In this document: in pieces, positions 37,776 to 47,385 of the stretch
Position numbering within the stretch: position 1 is the stretch's first letter
How the letters are laid out: each line of letters starts with the position of its first letter
Assembly (NCBI GenBank): GCA_014376525.1
Contig: JACMRI010000026.1
Span: 1-63,950 of the forward strand
Direction: 5' to 3'
From: Bacteroidia bacterium
Lineage (GTDB): Bacteria; Bacteroidota; Bacteroidia; UBA4408
DNA length: 63,950 bases
Translations under genes and position numbers: made by a program
Notes under the pieces: model-generated
Database searches by the model: none
What the model was told of the DNA's origin: nothing
What the model saw: the letters and a program-made list of their open reading frames with translations, nothing else

Positions 37776-40061
37776 ATGAAATTAAATACATTAATTAATT
37801 ATACCTTAGCAGTAAGTTTATTAGCAAGTACGGCTATTGCACAAACACGCACAATAAAAAAAGGCACAAAATATTACAACAACTATTCGTATAGCAAAGC
37901 CATAAAAAAACTAGAACCATTAACAGAAAAATCTACTGAAGTTAACCGAAAATTGGCAGACAGTTATATGCGCTTAGGCAATGTAGAAAAAGCAGAAAGC
38001 TATTATGCCACTGTAGCTAATGCGCCCGATGCTACTCCTGCCGACGCATACAATTATTTTTACGTATTGCGCAGTGTAGGTAAATATACGGAGTCGGAAA
38101 CATGGATAAAAAAGTTTCATAGCAACATAGCTACTGATAGCCGAGGTATAGAATACACCAACAACATAGGTAGTTTTACTAAATTAAAAACGGACGAAGG
38201 ACGTTTTAAAATTAAGAACCTAGAAATGAATAGCGCGCAACAAGAGTTTGGGGCAACGTATTATAACAAGCAAATAGTGTATGCTTCTACACAGCGTGTT
38301 GTACAATCGCAGGTACGCACGTGGAACGGTAACGATAAAAATTTTTTGAATATGTATGTGGCTGATAGGGCTACAGATAACGAACTATTAAAAAGTGTTG
38401 AGTTTAGTAAAAGTATTAACAAAAAATATCACGAAGGTCCAGCCAGCTTCAGTACCGATGGTAAGTTTATGGTATTTACCCGTGATAATTATGAGAATAA
38501 AAGTAGTGATGGAGTAAAGAAACTTCAATTGTTTTCATCAGAATTAAAAGAGGATAAATGGACAAAGCCAGAAGCATTTACTTTTAACAATAAAGAATAT
38601 TCAACAGGGCATCCAAGCTTAACGGCCGACGGTAAAACAATGTATTTTGCAAGCGATATGCCGGGAGGTAAAGGCGGGGCAGACTTATACAAAACAACTA
38701 GAGGAACTGATGGAGTGTGGACTGCGCCCGAAAATTTAGGAACTAAAATAAATACAGAGGGCAACGAAATATTTCCAAGCATACACAAAGACGGCTTATT
38801 GTTTTTTGCAAGTAACGGACACGTAGGTTTAGGAGGTTTAGATGTATTTGTAGCGCAACTGAAAGACGGCAAAGCAATTAAATTACAAAACGTAGGAACA
38901 CCAATAAACGGTACTAAAGACGATTTTGCGTTTATATTAGACGATGACCAAAAAGGCGGTTATTTTTCATCGAATAGAACAGACGGAAAAGGCGATGATG
39001 ATATTTATAGTTATTCGTTATTTAAACCATTTAAGTTTGGTAAACAAATAAAAGGAGTAGCCAAAGACAAGACAGGCACACTACTAGCCAACACCAAAGT
39101 AAATTTGTACGATGGAAAAGGTAAAGTGGTAGAAACGATAGTTACTAGTGCCGATGGAGCGTATTTGTTTAACGTAGATGATGACGATGTATATAAATTA
39201 GATGGAGTAAAAGATAAATATTTTGAAGGAAAAAACACTGCCGACACTAAAGATAAAGACGTAATAGAAGCCGATGTAATACTAGAGAAAGACCCAGGTA
39301 ATGCCTTATGCTTATTAGTAACTGAAGGAAAAACGGGTGCACCTGTGGAAGGCGTAAAAGTAAAAGTAACAGACCTTAAAACAGGCGAAATATTTATACA
39401 ATACGTAACCACAACTACAGGCATTGAGTTAAAAGCATTGATAGGAAAGAAATTGAACGACCAATTAACTTATAAAATAGAATTGGTCAAAGAAGGATAT
39501 TTTCCAAAGGTAGTAACGTTTAACCACACCATAATAAAACCAGGAGTAGTAAACGTACACGAGTTAATGAGCGGTAGCTTAAGTATGGACAAAGAAGTAA
39601 AAGACTTGAGAGATTTAGTAGTAATAAATGATATTCGTTTTGATGTAAATAAATTTAATATTCGCCCTGATGCAGCTATAGAGTTGGACAAAGTGGTAGA
39701 GGTAATGAACAAGTATGCGGGTATGGAAGTAGAGCTGGGAGCACATACAGATTGTAGAGCACCAATAAAGTACAACGAAACGTTGAGTGATAAACGAGCT
39801 AAAGCTAGTGCTGCTTACATAAAAGCGAAAATAAGTAATCCTTTACGTATTTATGGTAAGGGTTATGGCGAGAGCGTATTATTGAATGATTGTGCGTGTG
39901 AGGGTAAAGTAAAATTTACCTGTACAGAGGAAGAACACCAAAAGAATAGAAGAACAGAATTTAAGATAATCTCTATGGGAAGTGGTGCCGATAAAGTTGA
40001 TGTAATAAATAACAGCACCAATAGTTTTGATAAAAAACTAGAGGTTAAGAAAAAGAAGTAG
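37776..40061 (+). CDS. OmpA-family outer-membrane/peptidoglycan-anchoring protein (TPR + TolB-like beta-propeller + CarboxypepD_reg-like + OmpA_C)
   Basis: N-terminal TPR-like segment, repeated propeller-like EGPASFS/GHPSLT/EIFPSI blades, C-terminal IRFDVNKFNIRPDAAIELDKVV..LGAHTDCRAP..YNETLSDKRAKASAAYI OmpA domain. Confidence 0.85.
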   Translation: MKLNTLINYTLAVSLLASTAIAQTRTIKKGTKYYNNYSYSKAIKKLEPLTEKSTEVNRKLADSYMRLGNVEKAESYYATVANAPDATPADAYNYFYVLRSVGKYTESETWIKKFHSNIATDSRGIEYTNNIGSFTKLKTDEGRFKIKNLEMNSAQQEFGATYYNKQIVYASTQRVVQSQVRTWNGNDKNFLNMYVADRATDNELLKSVEFSKSINKKYHEGPASFSTDGKFMVFTRDNYENKSSDGVKKLQLFSSELKEDKWTKPEAFTFNNKEYSTGHPSLTADGKTMYFASDMPGGKGGADLYKTTRGTDGVWTAPENLGTKINTEGNEIFPSIHKDGLLFFASNGHVGLGGLDVFVAQLKDGKAIKLQNVGTPINGTKDDFAFILDDDQKGGYFSSNRTDGKGDDDIYSYSLFKPFKFGKQIKGVAKDKTGTLLANTKVNLYDGKGKVVETIVTSADGAYLFNVDDDDVYKLDGVKDKYFEGKNTADTKDKDVIEADVILEKDPGNALCLLVTEGKTGAPVEGVKVKVTDLKTGEIFIQYVTTTTGIELKALIGKKLNDQLTYKIELVKEGYFPKVVTFNHTIIKPGVVNVHELMSGSLSMDKEVKDLRDLVVINDIRFDVNKFNIRPDAAIELDKVVEVMNKYAGMEVELGAHTDCRAPIKYNETLSDKRAKASAAYIKAKISNPLRIYGKGYGESVLLNDCACEGKVKFTCTEEEHQKNRRTEFKIISMGSGADKVDVINNSTNSFDKKLEVKKKK

Positions 40062-40084
40062 GGGCAACTTAATGGTATCAAATA

Positions 40085-40130
40085 ATTCATAAGCATTTGT
40101 AAACTATGTAGTTTACAAATGCTTATGAAT
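40085..40130 (+). terminator. 22-bp perfect hairpin after the OmpA-family gene (no clear U-tract)
   Basis: attcataagcatttgtaaacta tg tagtttacaaatgcttatgaat, 24 nt after the stop at 40061. Confidence 0.4.
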
Positions 40131-40636
40131 TTAAGATAGATAATGTTTGTAAGGGGCGTAATACCAAATATAAATTGTAAAAAGCACAATTTTTTTATTT
40201 TGGGGAATGAACAAAAAAAGGCTAATTATTTTATCATTTTGAAATTTGGTATAGGCTTCTTTTTTATAATATTTACAATTATGTTTTGCAGCTGCACAGT
40301 CACTCAATTTTTCTACGTTGTATGTACTATTGCGTTGCTTTACAACATCTTTTTAAGGCGCTAACTATTGTTTATAGTTTTTAATTGTTTTTTAAAATTT
40401 GCCTACAATTACTTCAAACGGCGTTTACAAATTTATATTACCCGTTTGGCTAATTTTACTGCTTGTAACAAATGTTTTAGAGTTGTATAATAGGGTAGCG
40501 TCGGGTTGTTAATTAACTTCATTGCTTTTATTGCAACACTATAACTAAATCAGAGTATTTGTGCATTGCTAATAGTGGGTAAGGCTAAAAGTAATAAAGC
40601 TAATAAACTATGTTTTATTATACTAACACTTACGCT

Positions 40637-41362
40637 TTACATTATACGTTCTACACGCAATACAAACTCTACGTTGCGTTCTTTATCTTCGCTAAGTCCT
40701 TCTGTACTAACACTTACGAGGCTGCGTAGGTTATTTTTAAATAATATTTTTTTAACATTATCCAAACTAAAACGTTGTACTTTTTCGTCTTTAATAATTC
40801 CGTTACCAAACTTAATGCGCTTAGCTTGCTCAAACTGTGGTTTTACCAATATAATTAGTTCTGTTTTTTCATGCACAAAACTTGCTAAGGCTTCTACTAT
40901 TGCTTCTATATTAATAAATGACACATCTACTACTACATAATCAAATTTTGTTTTGGTTTCAAAAGTGCGTATGTCTTGGTTTTCGTGCCACGTAACCTTA
41001 TTATTATTTTTAATGGTATTGTGTAGTTGATTACAACCTACATCAACACAAGTTACGTGTTTAGCACCGTGTTGCAGCGCGCAATCGGTAAAACCACCTG
41101 TACTTGCGCCTACATCAAGCACTGTTTTGTTTTCAAAATTTAAACCAAATGTGTCTATGGCTAGCTTTAGCTTGTCGCCCCCACGGCTTACGTAACGCAA
41201 TGGAGGAGCCGATAATTTTACCAATGTTTCGTCCTCCACATCAAACGATGCTTTGGTTATAATAACACCATTGTAGGTTACTAATTTTTTGGTTAAAGCT
41301 AATTGTGCTTTAGTGCGCGATTCTATTAAACCAAGCGTTACAAGGACAGTATCTATTCTCAT
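40637..41362 (-). CDS. tlyA: TlyA-family rRNA (cytidine-2'-O)-methyltransferase
   Basis: S4-like MRIDTVLV..GLIESRTKAQ, then YVSRGGDKL and SAM motif VLDVGASTGGFTDCALQHGAKHVTCVDVG. Confidence 0.85.
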   Translation of the reverse strand: MRIDTVLVTLGLIESRTKAQLALTKKLVTYNGVIITKASFDVEDETLVKLSAPPLRYVSRGGDKLKLAIDTFGLNFENKTVLDVGASTGGFTDCALQHGAKHVTCVDVGCNQLHNTIKNNNKVTWHENQDIRTFETKTKFDYVVVDVSFINIEAIVEALASFVHEKTELIILVKPQFEQAKRIKFGNGIIKDEKVQRFSLDNVKKILFKNNLRSLVSVSTEGLSEDKERNVEFVLRVERIM

Positions 41363-41678
41363 TGAGTAATGTAAAGGTTTAAGTTAAATGTAATTATTAT
41401 AATAACGAATAACCAACTGCTACCCGATACTTGCAAAGTAACACAATAAAAGGGCAAATTGTAAGTAAGTAATAAAGTATTTTAATTAAAAAAACCACCC
41501 CAATTAAAAAACAAAGTGTATTTAAAAACTTGTTTTACACTACATTAATTTATCAAATAGTGCGTTCAGATACAGAAATTTTAAATTTTGATAGTAGTTC
41601 ATAGTCTAGCTATACAAAGTAAGGATAACTGTTTTATAAGCATAGCTAAAACTTTAAATTAGCTCTATACTAAAATGT

Positions 41679-41711
41679 TACATTTGTAATTAAATAAACA
41701 CATTACAAATG
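41679..41711 (+). promoter_or_regulatory. Candidate -7 box TACATTTG plus a 10-bp perfect inverted repeat reaching the start codon
   Basis: TACATTTG at 41679-41686. catttgtaat (41681-41690) is the exact reverse complement of attacaaatg (41702-41711), which ends in the ATG of 41709-42914. Confidence 0.3.
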
Positions 41712-42914
41712 ACTATAAAAATTGGCATTTTGCGTGAGCAGAAATCCCCCCCTGATAAGCGAGTAGCATTTACTCCCGAACAATGTAAAATTATAAATAC
41801 CGAATACAAAAACGATGTACTTATAGTAGCGCAACCAAGTGCTATACGCTGCTATACCGATGCTGAATATATTGCTTGCGATATAACATTACAAGAAGAT
41901 TTGAGCGACTGCGATGTACTAATGGGCATAAAAGAAGTACCTAAAACTGCCCTTATTGCTAATAAAAAATATTTCTTTTTTTCGCATACCATTAAAGCGC
42001 AAGTACACAACAAAAGTTTAATACAAGCCTTAATTGCCAAAAAAATTGAAATGGTGGATTACGAAACGCTGGTAGATGAAAATATGTTTAGAGTAATTGG
42101 CTTTGGGCATTATGCGGGCATTGTAGGGGCATACAACGGTTTGCGTGGTTATGGTTTAAAATATAAAATGTTTGATTTAAAACCTGCAAACCTTTGCTAC
42201 GACCGCACGGAGCTACATCGTGAATTAGAAAAAGTAAAACTAAGCAACATTAAAATAATAGTTACAGGTAATGGTCGTGTGGCTAATGGTGCTATAGAAA
42301 TACTGGGAATACTAGGTATACGTAGGGTTACAGCATACGAGTTTACACACAACACTTACCGTGAGGCGGTATATACGCAACTACATTCGGCTGATTATAA
42401 CGAAGCTAAGAATGGTGCAGAATGGAATACAAGCAAATTTTTTAAAGATCCAACAGAATACAACAGTACGTTTAACAAATACACCAAATACTGCGACTTG
42501 CTCATGCACTGCTCGTTTTGGGACCCACGTGCGCCACGTTTATTTACCAAAGAAGAAATGAATAATCGCGATTTTAAAATAAGTGTAATAGCCGATATTA
42601 CTTGCGATATTGACGGCTCTATACCTAGTACACAACGCCCTACTACAATAAATACTCCGTTCTTTGGTTATAACCCAAGTACGCAACACGAAGACGAAGC
42701 CTTTGCACCACATACCATAACCGTAATGGCGGTAGATAACTTGCCTTGCGAATTGCCTCGAGATGCAAGCGAAAATTTTGGCAAAGAATTAATAGAGCGT
42801 GTACTCCCTGCCATTATTAACGATACTGATAATTTGCTAGAACGAGCATCAATAACCAAACATGGCGCATTAATGCCTCGCTTTGAATATTTGCACGATT
42901 ACGCTTTTAATTAA
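41709..42914 (+). CDS. NAD(P)-dependent oxidoreductase, alanine dehydrogenase/PNT-domain (lysine-ketoglutarate reductase/saccharopine dehydrogenase-like)
   Basis: 401 aa. IGILREQKSPPDKRVAFTP start and KIIVTGNGRVANGA dinucleotide-binding loop, typical of AlaDH/PNT N- and C-domains. Confidence 0.65.
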   Translation: MTIKIGILREQKSPPDKRVAFTPEQCKIINTEYKNDVLIVAQPSAIRCYTDAEYIACDITLQEDLSDCDVLMGIKEVPKTALIANKKYFFFSHTIKAQVHNKSLIQALIAKKIEMVDYETLVDENMFRVIGFGHYAGIVGAYNGLRGYGLKYKMFDLKPANLCYDRTELHRELEKVKLSNIKIIVTGNGRVANGAIEILGILGIRRVTAYEFTHNTYREAVYTQLHSADYNEAKNGAEWNTSKFFKDPTEYNSTFNKYTKYCDLLMHCSFWDPRAPRLFTKEEMNNRDFKISVIADITCDIDGSIPSTQRPTTINTPFFGYNPSTQHEDEAFAPHTITVMAVDNLPCELPRDASENFGKELIERVLPAIINDTDNLLERASITKHGALMPRFEYLHDYAFN

Positions 42915-42931
42915 TAAGTAACCAATAAAAA

Positions 42932-43723
42932 ATGCACCCTAAGTTAAATGTAGTAATAATAGGCTGTGGCAATGTTGGACACCAGTTAGCATTAGCAATT
43001 GATGGTAGCGAACATACCAAAGTAGTACAAGTAATAAGCCGAAACGCACACAAAGCTCGCGCACTTGGCGAGCTCATTAACTGTGCGTACACGCCGCATT
43101 TGGCACACATTAATTTGGAAGCGCACGTGTATTTGTTTTGTATAAGTGATAGCGCACTAACAGATGTGGTGGCGCAAGCTAATTTGCTCACATTAACCAA
43201 TAGGCTTATTGTACATACATCGGGGAGTGTGGCTATGAATGCGCTACTCCCATACTCTACCAACGTAGGGGTGCTATATCCATTACAAACTATGAGTACT
43301 ACGCATAATGTAGATATGAGCGTAAGCCCTATTTTTATTGAGGGTAACAGTGCACAAAACTTACATACGATTAATATATTAGCATCTGCCATATCCACGC
43401 AAGTGCAAGCTATAAATAGCGAAACCCGTGCTAAATATCACGTTGCTGGCGTTATGGTAAATAATTTTGTAAACCATATTATGTACAAAGCTACAGAGTT
43501 GTGTGTGGCTAATAACCTAGATGCTGATTTGCTAATGCCGCTATTGCACGAAACCATAAATAAGCTACATACCAATACGCCCTACGACGCACAAACAGGA
43601 CCTGCACGCCGAAACAACACCGAAATAATAGAAAAACATTTGCTTTTTTTGCAAAGTAACAAAGCATTACACGATATTTACAGCACAATAACACAAAGTA
43701 TTATAAAAACGTATAACTCATAA
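42932..43723 (+). CDS. Rossmann-like + DUF2520 domain protein
   Basis: VVIIGCGNVGHQLA N-terminal Rossmann loop and C-terminal YHVAGVMVNNF..GPARRNN pattern of DUF2520 proteins. Confidence 0.65.
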   Translation: MHPKLNVVIIGCGNVGHQLALAIDGSEHTKVVQVISRNAHKARALGELINCAYTPHLAHINLEAHVYLFCISDSALTDVVAQANLLTLTNRLIVHTSGSVAMNALLPYSTNVGVLYPLQTMSTTHNVDMSVSPIFIEGNSAQNLHTINILASAISTQVQAINSETRAKYHVAGVMVNNFVNHIMYKATELCVANNLDADLLMPLLHETINKLHTNTPYDAQTGPARRNNTEIIEKHLLFLQSNKALHDIYSTITQSIIKTYNS

Positions 43724-43744
43724 CCAACGATATAAAATAAAATT

Positions 43745-44794
43745 ATGGCTAAAATAGCACTTATTACAGGTATTACAGGGCAAGATGGTTCGTACCTTGC
43801 CGAATTATTATTAAGCAAAGGTTACATAGTACATGGGGTTAAACGTCGCAGTTCGTCGTTTAATACACAACGTATAGACCACCTGTATCAAGACAAGCAC
43901 GAGGGCAATGGTAATTTTCACTTGCACTACGGCGACCTTACTGATAGTACTAATTTAATTAGAATAGTGCAAGAAACACAACCCGACGAAATATATAACC
44001 TAGCAGCACAATCGCACGTTATGGTAAGTTTTGAAACGCCAGAATACACTGCTAACTCTGATGCTTTGGGTACATTGCGATTGTTGGAAGCAATACGTAT
44101 TTTAAAACTAGAAAAGAAGACCAAATTTTATCAAGCATCAACATCAGAGTTGTATGGTTTAGTGCAAGAAGTACCACAAAGAGAAACCACACCGTTTTAT
44201 CCACGTAGCCCTTATGGCGTAGCCAAATTATATGGATATTGGATAGTGAAAAATTACCGTGAAGCCTATGGTATGTTTACTTGCAACGGAATATTATTTA
44301 ACCACGAAAGCCCTGTACGTGGCGAAACATTTGTTACTCGTAAAATAACAATGGCAGTGGCGAATATCAAATTGAACAAACAAGAAAAACTACACATAGG
44401 TAACCTTGATGCAGAGCGCGATTGGGGCCATGCCAAAGATTATGTAGAGGGTATGTGGCTAATGATGCAACACGACACGCCCGATGATTTTGTACTAGCT
44501 ACAGGTATAAAAATAACCGTACGTAAGTTTATAGAAATGGCATTTGCACACACAGGTGTAACCGTGCAATGGCAAGGCGAAGGCGTAAACGAAAGAGGAA
44601 TAAATGCTGCCACAGGTAAAGAGATAGTAGCAATAGACCCACGTTATTTCCGCCCTGCCGAAGTAGAACTATTAGTAGGCGATGCCACCAAAGCCAAAAC
44701 ACTACTGGGCTGGACACCAAAACATACCGTAGAACAATTGTGTAAAGACATGGTAGAAAGCGACTTAAAATTGTGTGCTGCGGGTGGGCATTAA
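43745..44794 (+). CDS. gmd: GDP-mannose 4,6-dehydratase
   Basis: [76 protein letters not shown]. Confidence 0.92.
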   Translation: MAKIALITGITGQDGSYLAELLLSKGYIVHGVKRRSSSFNTQRIDHLYQDKHEGNGNFHLHYGDLTDSTNLIRIVQETQPDEIYNLAAQSHVMVSFETPEYTANSDALGTLRLLEAIRILKLEKKTKFYQASTSELYGLVQEVPQRETTPFYPRSPYGVAKLYGYWIVKNYREAYGMFTCNGILFNHESPVRGETFVTRKITMAVANIKLNKQEKLHIGNLDAERDWGHAKDYVEGMWLMMQHDTPDDFVLATGIKITVRKFIEMAFAHTGVTVQWQGEGVNERGINAATGKEIVAIDPRYFRPAEVELLVGDATKAKTLLGWTPKHTVEQLCKDMVESDLKLCAAGGH

Positions 44795-44839
44795 TGAAGT
44801 TAAAAAATTAGTTGTTAAAATAGTTAAACAACCCACACT

Positions 44840-45235
44840 ATGAACCTCGAAGAACTCATCAACGCATCGGAAACCCGCATATTTAAAGCGGTATTCCCCA
44901 ATACTACTAACCACTACGACACTTTGTTTGGTGGAACTGCCATGCACCTTATGGACGAAGTAGCATTTATAACTGCTACACGCTTTGCACGCAAAATGTG
45001 TGTAACGGTATCGTCGGACAGAATAGATTTTAAGCAACCTATACCAGCAGGCACTATTATAGAATTAATAGGGCGTGTGTCCAAAATTGGCAACACCAGC
45101 CTCGATGTAAAAGTAGAAATATACATTGAAGAAATGTACAGCACCAAACGCCTAAAAGCCATTACAGGAAACTTTACATTCGTAGCCTTAGATGAGCACA
45201 AAAAACCAACCAAAGTGGTTAATTTATCTAACTAA
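44840..45235 (+). CDS. Acyl-CoA thioesterase (hotdog fold)
   Basis: 131 aa. FPNTTNHYDTLFGGTAMHLMDEVAFITATRFARK..VSSDRIDFKQPIPAGTIIEL is the YciA-like hotdog pattern. Confidence 0.75.
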   Translation: MNLEELINASETRIFKAVFPNTTNHYDTLFGGTAMHLMDEVAFITATRFARKMCVTVSSDRIDFKQPIPAGTIIELIGRVSKIGNTSLDVKVEIYIEEMYSTKRLKAITGNFTFVALDEHKKPTKVVNLSN

Positions 45236-45262
45236 TATCCATCTCATAAATCAATTATAACA

Positions 45263-46360
45263 ATGATAAAAGACATTGCATTAAAACACATACACGAAGC
45301 TCTAGGAGCTAAAATAGTACCATTTGCAGGTTACAATATGCCTGTACAATACTCAGGCGTAAACGATGAGCACAACACCGTGCGCACTGCTATGGGCGTG
45401 TTTGACGTAAGCCACATGGGCGAGTTTTTCTTAAGTGGAGATAAGGCCTTAGACCTTATACAATTGGTTACTAGCAACGATGCTAGCAAATTGGTTGATG
45501 GGCAAATACAATACAGTTGCTTACCCAATAACGAAGGTGGTATTGTGGACGATTTGTTGGTGTATCGTATTAATGCTACTCAATATTTATTGGTGGTAAA
45601 CGCAAGTAATATTGATAAAGATTGGACGTGGATAAGCCAGCACAATTGCTTTGATGTAACTATGGTAAACCGCAGCGAAGAGTACAGTCTGCTTGCCGTA
45701 CAAGGTCCTAAAGCTATACTAGCATTACAAAAATTAACTGCAGTAAATTTATCAGCCATTCCGTATTACAATTTTAAAATTGATACTATGGCAGGCTTAT
45801 CAAATGTTATTATAAGTAATACAGGCTACACAGGTTCGGGCGGATTTGAGATATATGTAAAAAATGCCGATGCCGAAAAAATGTGGAACGCCATAATTGA
45901 AGCAGGTGCTGAATACGGTATAAAACCAATAGGTTTAGCAGCACGCGATACATTGCGTTTGGAGATGGGTTTTTGCTTATACGGTAATGATATAAACGAC
46001 ACCACGTCGCCCATTGAAGCAGGTTTGGGTTGGATAACTAAGTTTACCAAATCGTTTGTAAACGATGCGCATCACAAAGCCATAAAAGAAAACGGTGCTA
46101 CCAAAAAGTTAGTAGGTTTTAAAATGATAGACCGTGGTATTCCTCGCCACGATTACGAATTACTTGATGCCGAAGGTAATAACATAGGTATAGTAACGTC
46201 AGGTACACAATCGCCAAGTTTGCAAAAAGCAATAGGTATGGGCTATGTAGCGGCTGCCTTTGCCAATGAAGGAACTGAAATATTTGTAAACATACGCAAT
46301 ACACCCATAAAAGCGGTGGTGGTTAAGTTTCCTTTTTACAAAGACAGTCCAAATAAATAA
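45263..46360 (+). CDS. gcvT: Glycine cleavage system aminomethyltransferase GcvT
   Basis: [24 protein letters not shown]...[53 protein letters not shown]. Confidence 0.92.
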   Translation: MIKDIALKHIHEALGAKIVPFAGYNMPVQYSGVNDEHNTVRTAMGVFDVSHMGEFFLSGDKALDLIQLVTSNDASKLVDGQIQYSCLPNNEGGIVDDLLVYRINATQYLLVVNASNIDKDWTWISQHNCFDVTMVNRSEEYSLLAVQGPKAILALQKLTAVNLSAIPYYNFKIDTMAGLSNVIISNTGYTGSGGFEIYVKNADAEKMWNAIIEAGAEYGIKPIGLAARDTLRLEMGFCLYGNDINDTTSPIEAGLGWITKFTKSFVNDAHHKAIKENGATKKLVGFKMIDRGIPRHDYELLDAEGNNIGIVTSGTQSPSLQKAIGMGYVAAAFANEGTEIFVNIRNTPIKAVVVKFPFYKDSPNK

Positions 46361-46369
46361 TATGTTAAA

Positions 46370-46415
46370 AAAAGAGCTGATTTAAATTTTTTCAAAGTTA
46401 AATCAGCTTTTTTTA
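46370..46415. terminator. Bidirectional terminator between gcvT (+) and tRNA-Arg (-)
   Basis: agctgatttaa (46375-46385) / ttaaatcagct (46398-46408), flanked by an A-run and a T-run. Confidence 0.7.
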
Positions 46416-46454
46416 TCAAATAGAAATACATTAAATAAAATGTTTAAAAAAAAG

Positions 46455-46526
46455 TGATTTTGGCGGGAATCGAACCCGCATCAAAAGATTCGGAATCTTT
46501 TATACTATCCATTATACTACAAAATC
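46455..46526 (-). tRNA. tRNA-Arg (anticodon CCG)
   Basis: Hand-folded. Acceptor GATTTTG/CAAAATC, D-arm with GG loop, anticodon stem AAAGA/TCTTT with loop TTCCGAA, T-arm GCGGG-TTCGATT-CCCGC, discriminator A. No encoded CCA. Confidence 0.8.
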
Positions 46527-46541
46527 AAAAAAATATTTTTT

Positions 46542-47147
46542 TTACAACTCTTCTGCTTGCACACTTTCTACTTCAGGTATTAACCGTTTAAGTAAACCTT
46601 CAATACCTGCTTTCAATGTCATTTGCGACGATGGGCAACCGCTACACGAGCCTTGCAAAGCTACAGTAACAACGCCGTCTTTAAACGAACGAAACGTAAT
46701 AGCTCCACCATCTTGCTCAACTGCAGGTTTTATATATTCGTTTAGTACATCAACTATTCGCATATCTATTTCTTCTACTATGGTGCTTTTTATTATGCTT
46801 TGGTGCAGCGTATTGGGGTTGTCGGTTATTTTTGGCAACTCGTTTAACACTGTTCCATTATTGGTAAAATATGTTTTCAAAAAATCACGTAATTCGTTCA
46901 TCACGTCTGACCACTCTATAGCATCAACCTTAGTAATAGACACATAGTTATTGGATATAAATATGTTTTTTACAAACGGAAATTCAAACAGTTTTTGTGC
47001 TAATGGAGCACCTTTACAAAACTCTACACTAGGAAATTCTAACTGAATACCACCTTCCAAAAGCAGCTTATTTATCACAAATTTTAATGCCGCAGGATTA
47101 GGTGTTTGCTCTGCATACACAACGATAGGGGTTATAGTAGTTTCCAT
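46542..47147 (-). CDS. NifU/Nfu-type Fe-S cluster assembly protein (Nfu_N + NifU C-terminal domain)
   Basis: YAEQTPNPAALKF N-domain and DGGAITF..F.DGVVTVALQGSCSGCPSSQMTLK CxxC domain. ATG at 47147 preferred over the TTG at 47186. Confidence 0.8.
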   Translation of the reverse strand: METTITPIVVYAEQTPNPAALKFVINKLLLEGGIQLEFPSVEFCKGAPLAQKLFEFPFVKNIFISNNYVSITKVDAIEWSDVMNELRDFLKTYFTNNGTVLNELPKITDNPNTLHQSIIKSTIVEEIDMRIVDVLNEYIKPAVEQDGGAITFRSFKDGVVTVALQGSCSGCPSSQMTLKAGIEGLLKRLIPEVESVQAEEL

Positions 47148-47252
47148 GTTTTTTTTAGTAATTAAATGTTTAATATTTAAGTGCAAATATACGCATCAAA
47201 CGTTAATTGTAATTTTATAAAACAGTATGTTTTTTCAATCTAATTTTTTAAT

Positions 47253-47260
47253 TATATTTG
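47253..47260 (+). promoter_or_regulatory. Candidate -7 box TATATTTG upstream of rpsA
   Basis: Matches TAnnTTTG, ~125 nt upstream of the ATG at 47386, implying a long leader. Confidence 0.3.
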
Positions 47261-47385
47261 CAATTCAAAATTTAAAAAAAGCTACCAACAATCAAACTCA
47301 TTAAAAGTTGGTATAATGTATAACCAGTTGTTGCAAAATTTTAGTTTGATTTATTTGCTCAACATTAAAAACAAAAAAGACAACA

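Noticed and set aside
40143-40940. ORFs 40143-40364 (+) and 40566-40940 (+)
   Set aside because: The first is Phe/Ile-rich low-complexity sequence in AT-rich DNA with no start context. The second is mostly antisense to the well-supported tlyA gene.
41363-41708. Lysine riboswitch or other structured leader in the 346-bp divergent region between tlyA and the AlaDH/PNT-like gene
   Set aside because: The sequence is very AT-rich and lacks the GC-rich conserved helices of an L-box. Only a short dyad near the start codon was found, and it is reported separately.
42907-43398. 163-aa minus-strand ORF overlapping the DUF2520 gene
   Set aside because: It is antisense to a plus-strand gene with a clear Rossmann loop and tight operon spacing. 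Its composition is Cys/Leu-rich.
45236-45262. Glycine riboswitch upstream of gcvT, and SAM/THF-type riboswitch upstream of metF (3569-3625)
   Set aside because: The leaders are only 27 nt and 57 nt long (the latter includes a terminator tail and promoter box). That is far too short for these aptamers, and no conserved aptamer cores were seen.
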